Part shown: positions 1 through 12,517 of the stretch, piece after piece
Layout: each line of letters opens with the position of its first letter
Numbering within the stretch: the stretch's first letter is position 1
From: Chiloscyllium plagiosum
Lineage: Eukaryota
Direction of reading: 5' to 3'
Length of the DNA stretch: 35,562 nt
NCBI RefSeq assembly: GCF_004010195.1
Contig: NC_057718.1
Coordinates: forward strand, 88,763,728-88,799,289
Translations under genes and position numbers: made by a program
The notes under the pieces: generated by a model
Database searches by the model: none
The model's input: the letters and a program-made list of their open reading frames with translations, nothing else
What the model was told of the DNA's origin: nothing

Positions 1-649
1 TGCTTGATTTCACAGGATCGTCATGTGCTTGAGCCTTTAGGATATAGAGGGGAGTGGCATGCCAGTTGACTTCCTAAATTGATCGTTGAATCTACTCTCC
101 TTCATGATACGAGAGAATATGTGATACATTACCATGTTCCGGATCATATTTTTTGGCATTTACACTTGAGAAATCGAAACAACTGAATGCACTACAAGAA
201 TTAATTAACAGCGCTTGCATCTGTGGGGGAGATTGTAGCTTCATTGGCCAGGCACCCACCCCCTGGACAAGGAAGGAGGTAAAGTTCAAATTTTCTCTGC
301 ATTCAAGTCACACAAAGACGGAAGGATCACAAACCAGTACTCGTTGCCAGCAGCAAGAGTCCACCTAGTTCATATATTAGAGTTGGTCAAAAAGAAGACA
401 AACACAAGATTTTGCTCACCTTTAAGGATTGTCTACTGTATACACTTATTTACCAAGTCATTGGATGGATTACAGAGCCTGGCATTTAAAAGAACAAAAA
501 AACCCTCATTCTTGGGATGTGCTTAGGGCTGACACTTTATTGCTCATCCTTAAATTCCTTGGAGAGTGTGTTGGTGAGCCTTCCAGAAATGACCTGCTTC
601 TAGATTTTACAAAGGTCATTGTCCCACCACAGTGCTCTTGGATCATAAA

Positions 650-842
650 ATCCCTACAGTGTGGAAGCAGGCTTTTTGGCCTATCGAGTCTGCACTGACC
701 CTTTGAAGAACATCCCACCCAGACCCACCGCCTAACCTATCCCTGTAACCCTGCATTTCCCATGGTTAACCGACCTAACCTACACACCCTTGGACCCAAT
801 GGGCAATTTAGCTCGGCCAATCAATCCAGCCTGTGCATCTTT
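650..842 (-). mobile_element. 3' half of an HE1/V-SINE
   Basis: Same tail motifs (acagtgtggaagcaggc..., gggcaatttagc, cacatctttg-like) as the full copies at 9005 and 21759. Confidence 0.7.
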
Positions 843-1231
843 GTCCTTTTCCAAAATGTTAGAGAGGAGGTATGCACAAAGTTGCAAAGGCTCACTCTGG
901 CATCTAATCCTTTGGAGAAGAGGGGTTCATTTTGTACACCTTTGAGGCAGCATAGTATAGATGTAGATATTGGGTTACAAAATGGAACTTTAAATCATGA
1001 GGGATATGGCTGTGCCTGCAGAAGAGGTCAGCTGCATAAACCCTGAGAATGACAGGAGTAAAAACAAACTTTGTTTTTTTAAGGGTCCAAGGGCCAAAGA
1101 GAGGAACTGTCAAAATGGTCTATTAACTTTGATTTTATGCAACTGGTTTCCCTTCCCTTGGTTAGTCCCTGGGCCATAACAAAGTCTGTGTGCTATGCTT
1201 CAGTTTTTGTTAGTATCTTCAAGATTTCTGA

Positions 1232-1830
1232 TGTGACGATACTGTAACTTTGTTTTGTCCTGGTTTGTTTTAAGAGAGAAATTCGAATAAAGGGTGATGA
1301 GCTGAGTGAACAGCTTGGGAGGGTTGAGCTTTTTTTAAAACTAACCCTGAATAGGTATGGCTAGCTCTCACACATTATGATATTTGGGTAGCAGCAGGAG
1401 CTGCTGGAGTCTCAACAGAGTTGGAAATTTCAGTGAATATCTCCTGGCAATTACTCTCTCTGAATTTTATCTTGATGTTTTTTTTTCCGCCTGGATTGGA
1501 GAACTGTATGTGAGAATATGTGTCTGAATTTGCTTTTTTTGCCAAGGGGTATGTTTATGGAATGTTACTATATTGAAACAGTTGATTAGTAATAGTTACA
1601 GCATCTATTATTCTGTTAAGTTTTCCAATGGAGATACTAAAATTCCTCTTTCTTTGGTTGTATTTTAACTATAGTGTTTAAATAAATTGTGTTTTGCTAA
1701 CATCAAGTAGTTTGACCGGTCGCATTGCATCAGGAGCAGTCACTTTACATTTGCCTTTAATATAAGGAAAAGTTAGGGTTAAGGCTTCCTTCTTAAAATG
1801 TTTTGAGGTGGTCTGGTCTGGTCTATAACA
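1232..1830 (+). mobile_element. Solo LTR of a Gypsy-type retrotransposon (599 bp)
   Basis: TGTGACG...TATAACA termini and AATAAA at 1681. Shares blocks (ccaagggg..tgtttatg, aataaatt.tgttttg, aaagttaggg, ctggtc.ataac) with the LTR at 33005-33643. Imperfect 4-bp flanks ctga/ctta. Confidence 0.75.
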
Positions 1831-1973
1831 CTTAACTTCTCTGACTAATATACTTGTTCATTTTGTTTTTTTTAAATCATGGTATTGTACTACATCTGTA
1901 ATGTTGGCATTATTCTAATATTTTGGCTCTGTACCAACAATTTCTTGTGCTTTTTCTCTTCCTCTCGTTCCAG

Positions 1974-2001
1974 GTGTCGGAGCAGATTGGAAGCTCAGAA
2001 G
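1974..2001 (+). CDS. Candidate 28-nt micro-exon upstream of the CCDC170-like exons (may be 5' UTR)
   Basis: Long polypyrimidine tract ending ...cctctcgttccag| at 1973 and donor AAG|gtatat at 2001/2002. It reads (G)TGT CGG AGC AGA TTG GAA GCT CAG AAG = CRSRLEAQK, open and in phase with the exon at 3026. Confidence 0.5.
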
Positions 2002-3025
2002 GTATATGATTTGGTTGAAAGTTGCAAATGGTGATATTAGCAATTTGGTTTTCCCAATATTTCAGTCGAGCTATCAACCCCTTCAAAAAACCAAGTTAAC
2101 ATTTGATTATCTAAACAACAGTGGAATATTGTAGGGACATCTAAAAACTCATTTGATTGCCGATGTCGAAAATGGTAATCGTTAGGGTAACTTACACTAT
2201 TGCTACATGTTTGCCTTTTTTTGGCAGTTGATTTCTGTGGAATTACACAGATTTTAGAGTGCAGAGTTCCATCTAACTGAACAAATGGACTCTGTGTCTC
2301 TCACAGACTGGGAAAACCAAATTTTAAAGATCAAAAATCCAGATCTCAGGGGCTGGGTTAAATTATCTCCCTCAACTCCTTCTGACTTTAGCAATGATGA
2401 AATGCTGTTGTTGTATGTAGTGATGGTTGTTCTTCACTGAGAAGTACAGTGGAACTTCTAATTCTGTCTCATTTTCATTTCCACAGCAGCAGGGAAAGGA
2501 AAATTCACAGTATTTTGACTCACCCATAAATTCATATTTGCATGCACTGCTGATTATTGTTCACTTCCAACAGCTAGTTGTCTTACACCTCTGAAAGCCC
2601 ACATATTTTCAGCTGTATAATTTTTGACACCATTTCAAACAACATGGTTTATTAGCCGCCTCAAACTGCATACAAAGGTACTTACAGCAGAGGAAGAGAT
2701 CTCATGGCTATGGCAAGCTAGCCAATACAATAAGTACACTTGCATTTTTCCAAACATTCTCATTGCACACCAAGGAACAGAGGCTGTTGAGGGAGTGCCA
2801 TATTCTCTGCCTCACAGCAGAGCCCTGGAGATAACTGATAAGGCACAGTGTGACGTTAACTTTGGAACAGCTGTGAAGCAGAGCACTGCGAAGTTTGGAA
2901 ATTCTAGAATCAAATCTATCTTGAAGCAGGAGTTTAGTTCATCAGTGAAACCGAATGTTCATCCACCTGTCTGTGTGATATGCAACAAGGAAAGTTTACC
3001 CATTGTGTTTTTATTGATCCTCCAG

Positions 3026-3154
3026 GGAATCTTTGACCCAATGGTGGAAAATCCAGTTTTACGTGACCAACTGAATCACTATCGGGTAGCTTCTGAAACA
3101 GCTCGCAGTGAACTGGCTGCACTGCAGGTCAAATATAAAGGCAGTCAGACTGAG
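3026..3154 (+). CDS. CCDC170: CCDC170-like coiled-coil protein, coding exon (129 nt)
   Basis: Acceptor tcctccag|, donor GAG|gtaatc. Encodes GIFDPMVENPVLRDQLNHYRVASETARSELAALQVKYKGSQTE, collinear with the CCDC170 N-terminus as I recall it (EVPVTREQLNHYRNVAQNARSELAATLVKFECAQSE). Confidence 0.88.
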
Positions 3155-3384
3155 GTAATCTGAAATACCGAGGAAGTGGCGAATAAGTTAAGACTAATTG
3201 CCTGATGGCTATTTCAGAATTTTCTTTTATTCAGATATCTTTGAGTGGATTTTCAACCTGTGTTAAGGAGGCTGTTGATCCACCCAACACAGACTTAACA
3301 GAAGCCTTTAATTACCAACCACAGGGTCTGGCTTTTGTACAGTCCTTGGGTATTTTCCTGCACTGTCCTCTCCTGAACCCGTTG

Positions 3385-4730
3385 TTGGAGGTTTGTGTAG
3401 GTATTTGGAGTTCGGGTACCAGTTGCAGTTGTTGTAAGTATTTACGCCAAGCTGGGAATTTGGATTGCAGACGTTTCTAGGTGACATCCTCAGTGCTGAG
3501 GAGCCTCCTGTGAAGCGCTGCTGTACTGGGTCAGTTGGAATCTATTTGGTTTCGCTCGCACTGCTTCTGGTTGCCTGTTCCGGTTGTTCGATGGAGTGGT
3601 TGGTATATTGGGTCGAGGTCAATGTGTTTATTGACAGAATCCGTAGATGAGTACCAGGCTTCTAGGAATTCTCCAGCTGTCCTCTGTTTGGCTTGTCCTA
3701 TTATGGCTATGCTGTCCCAGTCGAATTTGTGGTCCTTGGCGTCTGCGTGTATAGCTACTAGGGACAGCTGGTCGCGGCGTTCAGTGGCTAGTTGATTTTC
3801 ATGAGTGCAGATCGCAAGTTGTCTGCCTGTTTGTTCTATGTAGTGTTTTGAGCTGTATCTGCATGGAATCTTATACACCACGTTTGTCCTGCATGCGATG
3901 GGTCTTTTGTTCTGGTGAGTTGTTGTCTGAGTGTGGCTGTTGGTTTATGTGCTGTCATAAATCTGAGTGGTCAGAGGAGTCTGGCTGTCAGTTCCGAGAC
4001 ATTTATTAGATAAGGTAGACTGGTTAGTGTGTTGGGTCATGGTATGGCCTCGTCGCATTGTTTGTCTGCCAGGCATCTGCAGATGAAGTTGCGGGGATAT
4101 CCGTTCTTGGTGAAGACTTTGTAGAGGTACTCTTCTTCTCTTCATAGGTCGGGAGTGCTGCAGTGTGTTGCAGCCCTTTTGAACAGGGTCCTGGTGCAGC
4201 TTCGCTTGTGTGTGTTTGGGTGGTTGCTGTTGTAGCTCAGGATCTGGTCCATGTGTGTGGCTTTTCTGTACACTTTTGTGGTGCACTCCCTGTTCTGTGT
4301 TCTTTCTACCATCACATCCAGGAATGGGAGTGAATTGTTGGTTTCCTCCTGTATCCTCAATCTGATCCCTGTGAGCATGGTGTTAAAAATCCAGTGTGTG
4401 TTCTTGATTCCTGTTCACTTAATAATTACAAAAGTGTCATCCACGTATCTGATCCAGAGTTTGGGTTGGATTTGTGGGAGGATTGTTTGTTCCAGTCTTT
4501 GCATCACTGCTGCTGCTCTGAGCCCGGAGATGGGTAAGCCCATAGATGTCCCATTGATCTGTTCATATATATGGTTGTTGAACGGGAAGTGTGTCATCAA
4601 GCACAGGTCTAGTAGCTTGAGTATGCAGCCATTGTTGATAGGTTCTCCGTCGTGCCGTCTGTTCTGTTTGTCCAGGAGGTTGGCTATTGTCTCTCTGACT
4701 AAGGTTTTGTCAATCGAAGTAAACACTTCA
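3385..4730 (-). mobile_element. Penelope-like element (family A), decayed RT + GIY-YIG endonuclease, left arm of an inverted pair
   Basis: Minus-strand ORF pieces with PLE RT motifs (YEQINGTSMG.PIS, WIRYVDDTF, LPFLDV, VYRKATH) and GIY-YIG (VYKIPC...YIEQTGR). Frameshifted. Confidence 0.9.
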
Positions 4731-4732
4731 TA

Positions 4733-5833
4733 TTCAAAGCCATAAATATGAACAAAGCAATGGGACATCTATGGGCTCACCTATCTCCGGGCTCATAGCA
4801 GAAGCAGTGGTGCAAAGACTGAGAAAATTGGCCTCCCACAAATTCAACCCAAACTCTGGATCTGAAATGTGGATGGCACTTTTGTAATTATTAAGAGAAC
4901 AGGAATCGAGAACACAAACTGGATTTTTAACACCATGCTCACAGGGATCAGATTGACGAGGAGAAAACCAACAATCCACTCCCATTCCTGGATGTGATGG
5001 TAGAAAGAACACAGAACAGGGAATGCACCTCAAAAGTGTACAGGAAAGCCACACACATGGACCAGATCTTGAACTACACCAGCAACCACCCAAACATGCA
5101 CAAGAGAAGCTGCACCAGGACCCTATGAAGAGAAGAAGAACACTTCTACAGAGTCTTCACCAAGAACGGATATCCCTCAACTTCATCCGCAGAAACAATG
5201 CAATGAGGCCATACCATGACCCAACACACTAACCAGTCTACCTTATGTAATAAAGGTCTCGGAACTGACAGTCAGACTCCTCTGACCACTCAGATTTATG
5301 ACAGCACATAAACCGACAGCCACACTCAGACAACAACTCACCAGAACAAAAGACCCAATACTCCTGTGCGGACAAACGTGGTGTACAAGATTCCATGCAC
5401 AGACTGCATAAAAAGCTCTATAGAACAAACAGGCAGACAACTAGTAATCCGCATTCATGAACATCAACCAGCCACTAAACGCCATGACCAGCTGTCCCTA
5501 GTATCTACACCCACAGACAACAAGGAACACAAATTCGACTGGGACAACACAACAATAATAAGACAAGCCAAACTGAAGACAGCCAGAGAATTCCTAGAAG
5601 CTTGGCACGTCCGTGGACTCCGTCAACAAACACATTGACGTAGACCCAATATACCGAGCACTTCAACGAACAACTGGAAGCAACAGGAATGAAACCAAAT
5701 AAATTCCAACCGACACAGTACAGCAGCACTTCACAGGAGGCTTCAAAGCACTGAGGATGTCACGTGGAAAGGGGACAAAATGTCTGCAAACCAACCTTCC
5801 AGCTCAGCAAACATACTGTCAACAACTGCACCC
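4733..5833 (+). mobile_element. Penelope-like element (family A), right arm, inverted relative to 3385-4580
   Basis: Reverse complement of the left arm with internal deletions. Encodes NVVYKIPCTDC...IEQTGRQL.IRIHEH. Decayed hammerhead motif at 5748-5787. Confidence 0.9.
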
Positions 5834-6159
5834 ATTGTTTGGAGTTGATCAGGCTCCTTCTTTGCAGAGGTGTTCCTCCCACAGCTCGGGTCGATCCTTG
5901 ATGCCAGTGTATATCTGTATTTTCCTTGCCCTGCAGTCATTGTTTAGCCATTTCACTTCCACTTAACATGATGGCAATATCCCTAGTGCTGCCCTCCTTG
6001 CATTCCTGTTCAGGGCCGAAGAGTGTCAAGATTGGAATGTTTTCTCATAACCCTAATCCCTCCAATATCAGGGATCAACCTCATCAAACATCTCCACAGC
6101 ATTTTTAGCGTTGAAATTTCTCTCCTGTCTTGCTCATCAGACTTGATTGCTGTGATCAA

Positions 6160-6455
6160 GGTAAAGTAAACATAGTCCTACCAGATCATAGAGGTAAAAA
6201 CAATGACTGCAGATGCTGGAAACCAGATTCTGGATCAGTGGTGCTGGAAGAGCACAGCAATTCAGGGCTACTCTCCCGTTAGAGAGAGAGATGACTGGTG
6301 GTGGTTTAACCTGAAGGTCACCATAAAGTGAGTGGAGAGGTTCAGAAGGAGAGTCCTGCATGGTAACCTCAGCCAGTGCAGGAATTTAACCCATTCTATT
6401 CATGTTATTTTGTGTTGCAAACCAGCCATCCAGCCAACTAACCTAATCAACACCC
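6160..6455 (-). mobile_element. tRNA-derived SINE-like repeat interrupted by a ~70-bp PLE terminal fragment (about 6193-6266)
   Basis: Decayed A/B-box-like head near 6380-6450 on the minus strand. The insert gactgcagatgctgga...gtgctggaa.agcacagca resembles the PLE termini elsewhere in the window. Confidence 0.5.
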
Positions 6456-6586
6456 ACTCCATTCAAGTTCAGTCTGACTAAAGCAACCTCAAGTGAAGAA
6501 TTAACTTGCATTCATATGACCTTTACAAAGTCAGGACATCTCTCATCGCCTCAGAGTCAATTAAATCTTTTGCAGTGTTTTTTGTT

Positions 6587-8624
6587 CACCAACACCTCCG
6601 CCTACCGCCCCTTGACCATGACCCCACCTCTCCTCACCATTCCATCATCTCCCAAACCATTCACAACCTCATCACCTCAGGGGATCTCCCATCCATAGCC
6701 TCCAACCTCATTGTTCCCCAAACCTGCACCACCCAGTTCCACCTCTTACCCAAAACCCACACAACCTGACTGCCCCGGTCGACCAATTGTCACCACCTCT
6801 CCTGCCCTACTGAACTCATCTCCTCATAACCTGATTCCGTCCTGTCCCCCTTGCCCCATGAACTCCCTGCGTATGTTCGAGACACCACCCACGCCTTCCA
6901 TCTCCTCCATGACTTTTGATTTCCCAACCCACATCACCTCATCTTCACCATAGATATCCAGTCCCTATACATGTCCATCCGCCATGACAAAGCCCTACAA
7001 GCCCTCCATTTCTTCCTCTCCTGTCTATCCAACCAGACTCCTCCACGGACACACTCATTTGATTGGTGGAACTCGTCCTCACCCTCAACAATGTCTCCTT
7101 CGAATCCTCCCACTTCCTACAGACAAGAGGGGTAGCCACGGGCACCTGCATGGCCCCCAGCTATGCCTGCCTCTTTGGAAGAGAGACTGTTTGAAGTATC
7201 CTACGGAGTTACACGAGCACTATCCCCCACCTTTTACTCTGCTACATTGATGACTGTATCGACACTATCTCATGCTCCCACGAGGATGTTGAACAGTTCA
7301 TCAACTTCACCAACACCTTGCACTCTGACCTCACGATCACATGGACCATCTCCCTCCCCTTCCTGGACATCTCCATCTCTGTTTCTGGTGACTGCCTCAA
7401 CACTGATATATATTTCAAACCCAATGACTCCCACAGCTATCCTTGACTACACCTCCTCCCATCCACCCCTCATGTAAAAACAGGATCCCTTACTCCCAAT
7501 TCCTCCGCCTCCCCCGTATCTATTCCCAGGAGGAGCAATTCCACTCCAGGACATCCCAATGGCTCCTATTTCAAGGACTGCAATTTCCCCTTCCAGTTGA
7601 TCAACAATGCCCTTCATCACATCTCCACCATTTGAAGCCCTTGAACCCAACTCCTCCAACCGCAACAAAGTTAGAACTCTCAGTCCCCCCTTCCACCCCA
7701 TTAATCTCCAGGTACAGCTCATTATCCTCTGTCATTTTCGCCACCTACAGTCAGGTCCCACCACCAAAAATGTATTTCCCTCCCCACCCCTATCTGCATT
7801 CCGCAGAGACCATTCCCTCCGCAATTCCCTCGTTAGATCCATGCCCCCCAATAACCCATCCTCTACACCTTGGTACTTTCCCCTGCCACTGCACAAAGTG
7901 CAAAACCTGCACCCAGACCTCCCCCCTCACCTCTGTCCAAGGCCTGAAAGGATCACTTCAAATCCGGCAGAGTATTTCCTGCACCTCCATCCACCTCATC
8001 TACTGCATCTGTTGCTCTCGATGTTGTCTCCTCTACATTGGGGTGACAGGACGCCAACTTACAGAGTGGTTCTGGGAACATCAAACAACCCCACTGCCCT
8101 GTGGCCAACCACTTCAACCCCTCCGCCCACTCCCACAAGGGCATGCAAGTCCTGGGCCGCCTCCACTTCCAAATCAAAGCCACCCCCCAACTGGAGGAAA
8201 ACGTCTCATTGTGCACCTCAGGACCCTTCAACCACACGACATCAACATCGGCTTCACCAATTTCCAAATCTCCCCTCCTCCCCACCTCATCCTAGATCCA
8301 ACCCTCCCACTCAACACTGCCCTCATGACCTGTCTTACCTGCCCATCTTCCTTCCCACCTATCCACTCCAACCTCCCCACTGACCCATCACAGTTACCTC
8401 CCACCTGCGTCCATCTATCGTCTTCCCACCTACCTTTCCTCCAGCCCCAACCCACCCCCCCCAATTTCTCTCTCAGCCCCCTTGTCCCTCCACAATCCTG
8501 ATAAAGAGCTTATGCTCGAAATGTCGATTCTCCTGCTCCTTGGATGCTGCCTGACCAGCTGTGCTTTTCCAGCACCACACTTTTTGATTCTGAATCTCCA
8601 GCATCTGCAGTGCTCACTTTCTCT
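6587..8624 (+). mobile_element. Penelope-like element (family B), 5'-truncated and decayed, RT + GIY-YIG + 3' terminal repeat
   Basis: C-rich strand. Frameshifted pieces include PDCPGRPIV, IPYSQFLRL.RI.S and LIYCICCSRC.LLYIG.TGR. The 3' terminus ...ccagcatctgcagtgctcactttctc is shared with other copies. Confidence 0.9.
8494..8529 (+). ncRNA. Degenerate minimal type I hammerhead ribozyme motif in the PLE terminus
   Basis: AATC-CTGATAA-A-GAGC(TTAT)GCTC-GAAA-TGTC-GATT. Stems I and II pair, but the core CUGANGA is mutated to CUGAUAA. Confidence 0.65.
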
Positions 8625-8859
8625 GCCTCGTATAATTTCAGAAATGTCGAAGCTACTTTGTACAAAACAAGGTCTCTCCAAGAACAGTGGGATGAGTTGA
8701 GGGATAACCACTGTTCAGTGCAACTTGCATATTTCTTTGGTTGGAAAAGCTTAAAAAAACAGTGCAAGTGAATCCACCATAATTCTGTCACACTAATATC
8801 AGTCAATAGTTGGGTGAACAGCTCAAGATCAATTGTTTTGAGATTCTTTCTTGTGACTT

Positions 8860-9490
8860 CCTTTGGATGAGATATTAAGCTGTGATTCCATCTTCCCTGT
8901 CAGGTAGATGCGAAAGATCCCAAGGCACTTGCTCAAAGTACAGGAGTTATTTCTGGGTTCCTGGTCAATGCTTATCACTTAGCCAGGATTACTAAAGCAT
9001 ATGGAAACGTAGAGTCCATACAGTGTGGAAGCAGGCCATTTAGCCCATTGGGTTTCACTGCCCCTCCAAAAACCAAACCCCCCCCTTCCTCTACCTTATT
9101 CCTGGAACCCATAGCTAATCCATCTGGCCTACACATCCCTGAACTCTATGAGCAATTTAGCATGGTCATTCCACCTAACCTGCACATCTTTGGACTGTGG
9201 GAGGAAACTGGAGCACCCAGAGGAAACCCATACAGACACGGGGAGAATGTGCAAACTCCACACAGACAGTTGCCTGAGGGTGGAATCAAATCTGGGTACC
9301 TGTGAGGCAGCAGCACCAACCACTGAGCCACTGTGCTGCCCCTAATGTAAGCTAGTCCTTGTCATATGTGGGAACTTATTGCATACAAATCAGTAGTCAC
9401 ATTTCTGACATTACAGAAATGACTACACTATTTTTTCCAAGAATACTTCATTTACTGTAAGAAACTTGGAAGTCCTGAGGTTGTAAAACC
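8860..9490 (+). mobile_element. Deu-domain SINE (SacSINE1/AmnSINE-like), old, interrupted by a V-SINE
   Basis: ctttggatgagatattaa...caggtagatg.gaaagatccca.ggcact...ctggtcaat resembles the recalled Deu core. The tail resumes after 9345. Confidence 0.6.
9005..9342 (-). mobile_element. HE1/V-SINE, full length, diverged
   Basis: tRNA-like head plus the V-domain core tgtgtggagtttgcacattctccccgtgtctg.gtgggtttcctc on the minus strand. Confidence 0.85.
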
Positions 9491-9754
9491 ATGGCAGTGC
9501 AATAATCAGGAAGGTATTTGGAATTTCCTGCCTAAAAATGTGGAAAAAGTAGCATTCACAGAGACATTCTAGAGCTATTTAGATGAAGGATTCAAATGCC
9601 ACAGGATACAATATGGACAAATTATGAAAAAAGGTTCTAGAATAAGATGGATGTTTGATGACTGATGCAGACACACTTTCTGTGCTGTAAAAACTCCATG
9701 ACTGCCAAAAAAAAATCGCTCACTCCTGGGGGGAGGAGCAAATCTTATAAAGAC

Positions 9755-10110
9755 GGTTTGAACAGGTTAGGCCTGTACCATTGAATGGAAGAGGTGATCC
9801 TACTGCAAAATATAAGGACTTGTGACAACTTCGTAGGGTGGATACTTTGGAAGATGCAGAGATGAGGAGAAATTCATTCTGTCAGAAGTTGATGGAAGTG
9901 TGGAATTCTCTTCCTGGAGTTGGTAGTGGAGCTGGGTCTTTAATTTTATTTCAGGCTGAGTTAGATTGTTTTTTGTTAAACAGCGAGTCATGGGCTATCG
10001 GCGGTTGGAAAGTAGACCCGAGAACACAGACAGATCAACCAGGAGCTTGTGGAATGGGGCAACAGGTTCAAAGGGCCTAATGGCCACCTTCTGCTCCTGT
10101 GTTCCATGAT
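9755..10110 (+). mobile_element. CR1-type LINE 3' fragment
   Basis: gagatgaggagaaatt..ttc..tcaga...tgtggaattctct and the tail aatggcc.c.ttctgctcct are typical CR1 3' ends. Confidence 0.7.
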
Positions 10111-10256
10111 TTAAATGTACATGATTTTACAAATGTTGATTGTAGAAAATTAGCTTATTTAGATTTCTTCTCTTGGCTGAAATAAGATGCCAATTGTTAC
10201 ATGACATGGTCTTTAGAAGTATCATTGCATTCTGTGCTGACCTATTCCATTCATAG

Positions 10257-10513
10257 CTCACAGACATTTGTCTGAAGCAGACATCTCAAGAGGGCTATAT
10301 CCAGGAGCTAAAGGCAGAAGTTGAAAGCTACAAGATGGACAACACGAGGCAGCAGTCGCTCATTGGTTGCTTGAGAGAGAGAATCCTGGAATCTGAGGAG
10401 AAGTCCAGAACACTGCTTTCTTCAAAGACTGAAACGGAAGTAACTCTGCAGGTTTTACAGAACGAGAACAAGGAACTCCGACAGAGGAATACAGAATTAG
10501 AGAGCAAACTCAG
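10257..10513 (+). CDS. CCDC170: CCDC170-like coding exon (257 nt, phase 0 to phase 2)
   Basis: Acceptor ttccattcatag|, donor CAG|gtaggc. Encodes LTDICLKQTSQEGYIQELKAEVESYKMDNTRQQSLIGCLRERILESEEKSRTLLSSKTETEVTLQVLQNENKELRQRNTELESKL(R), matching CCDC170 QELKAEMESYKENNAR..SL..SLRDRV. Heptad coiled-coil pattern. Confidence 0.9.
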
Positions 10514-10770
10514 GTAGGCCTCTTTGTTTAATACACCAGTTGAAATTCTATTTTCTGTTTAATTCTTTTGGAGCAGTGTTTTCCAAACGTGATCCCAATG
10601 TAATGTTATTTAAGTGCCTCAGGCTTTGTGTGTCTTGGGTGGGCTGTTGGGCTTTAGCTCCTGATTTTGGGGGATGGGCAGAGTGGGTGAGCCTTGGAGC
10701 TGTTAGTATCTAATCTGTTGTCTGTGGGGTCCTGATCCCCAGTTGGAAACACTGCGTTAGAACTACACTT

Positions 10771-10975
10771 GTATGAACATATGAATTAGGAGCAGGGGTT
10801 TGGCCTCTCCACTATTTAACAAAACCATGGCTGATCTGATTGTGGCCCTCACTTTCCTACCTTCCTCCAATATCCTTTGACACCCTTGTTATTAAAGAAT
10901 TAATCTAACTCTGTCTTAAAAATAATCAATGGCCCTATATTGAACTTTCCCTAGGGAAGTGAGTTTCGAAGACTG
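10771..10975 (-). mobile_element. CR1-type LINE 3' end
   Basis: The start gtatgaacatatgaattaggagcagg... is the reverse complement of a CR1 tail. Confidence 0.6.
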
Positions 10976-12319
10976 TGTATCTGTTTTTGTTTTTAGAGAG
11001 AATGTTTTCCACTAAACTCCAATCTGTTGTGTAAGTTGTTTGGGTGTTTAGTTGTTAGACTCTCAGGCATCTAAGGAAGCTAGCTAGAAATATAAAAATA
11101 GATAGGTATTTAAAATGGAAAAGAGTGTGTTGATCCTCCAGAGGGTGAGAATGTGGAGTTAATAGTAGATAATAAGAAAATGAAGGATGAAATAAACTTC
11201 AATACAGACCATACAAAAGTCATCCCACTGAGGTGGAAGGGAAAGAATAATTTAGTGAAATTATAGTGAAATCACTAGGGAAGTGGTGCTGAACAAATGG
11301 GTTGAGCTATGATCCCCAGGTCCTGGTCTTAAAAGAGGCAGTAGTATTAAGATTGTGGATGCATTGGTGTTAATTTTCCAAAATTCACCAGTTTCTAGAA
11401 ATATTCCATCAGTTTGGAAAACAGTAAATATGACGAAAGAAAGAAAGTTGGCAGAAGACTGAAAACTAAAGGCCAGTTATCTTTATACCTTTCACATGGA
11501 AGGCCATTAAGATGGTTACAGCTGGGCATTTTGAAAACTCAAGCTAATCTGAAAGTGTTAATGTTGTGTTGGAAAAGAGAAATCATGTTTTACTAATCCT
11601 GTGGGGTCTGTGGAGGAGTAATGTCCCCTGTGGATAAAGGAGATCCTGTAGATGTACTGTACTTGGATTTCCAGAAAGCATTTGAGAAACTGGCTCTCAA
11701 AATGTTATTGCGCAGTATAGGAGCTCTCGATAAAGGGGGTAAGATATTAACTTGGCTAGAAGATTGGTTGGCTAGCAGAAAACAGGGTATGCATAAATGT
11801 CTATTTTTCTGATTGGATGTGAAGAATGGAGTCCTGCAGGGATCTGTGCTGGGGCTTTAACTTTAGTATCAGTGTCTCAGATGAAAGGATCTAAGATATG
11901 TTCACAGAAGACAGAAGGATAGGTAGGAAAGTATGTTGTGAAGAAGACATAAAGAGGTTGCAAACAGACATAGATAATTTGAATGGATAAACATCTAACA
12001 GATGGCATATAATGTGGCAATTCAGTAGGAAGAATAAAAAAAACGTTTACTGAAACAGAATTAGCACAGCTATGTGCTGAGAAAAGATCTAGGTGTTCTA
12101 GTGCGGAAGCCAGTAAGAATTAGTTTGCAAGTACTGCAAGTAATTAAGAAAGCTAATGGAATGCTATCCTTTTATTACAAGAGGAATTGAATATTAAATC
12201 TATTCCATTAAATAGGGCAATGGTGAGTTTACATTTGGAGTACAATGTGCAATTTTGGCCTCCTTACTTAAGGGAGGATGTAAATGTTTTGGAGGCAGTT
12301 CAAAGAATGTTTACTAGAT

Positions 12320-12487
12320 GAATCAGAATTAACATTTCGGGTCCAGTGATCTTTCTTCAAAGGTCACTGGACCCAAAATATTAACACTGCTTTCTCTCTT
12401 CAAATGCTGCCGGACTTACTGAATTCTTCGAGCAATTTCTGTTTTGTTTCTGATTGCCACCATCCACAACTCTTCGTTTTTTTTTAA
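12320..12487 (+). mobile_element. Short PLE terminus (family C) with inverted 5' piece and decayed hammerhead motifs
   Basis: ttaacatttcgggtccagtgatct / aggtcactggacccaaaatattaa form an imperfect palindrome (12329-12384), followed by the PLE-type tail atgctgcc.gac.t.ctga. Confidence 0.65.
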
Positions 12488-12517
12488 ATAGATTATTGCC
12501 TGGGATGAGCAGGTTGT

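Noticed and set aside
16..278. Possible upstream exon (ttcacag| ... GAG|gtaaag)
   Set aside because: Splice-like signals exist, but all frames contain stops and no ATG leads in frame into the downstream exons. It could be UTR, but I cannot support that.
2624..3163. 179-aa ORF as a single-exon protein
   Set aside because: It starts at TTG, and only 3026-3154 resembles CCDC170 and is bounded by splice sites. The rest is intron read-through.
7443..8501. 352-aa and overlapping 258-aa ORFs as a novel gene
   Set aside because: They lie in the C-rich strand of a frameshifted PLE. PLE motifs hop between frames, and stop codons are rare because of base composition.
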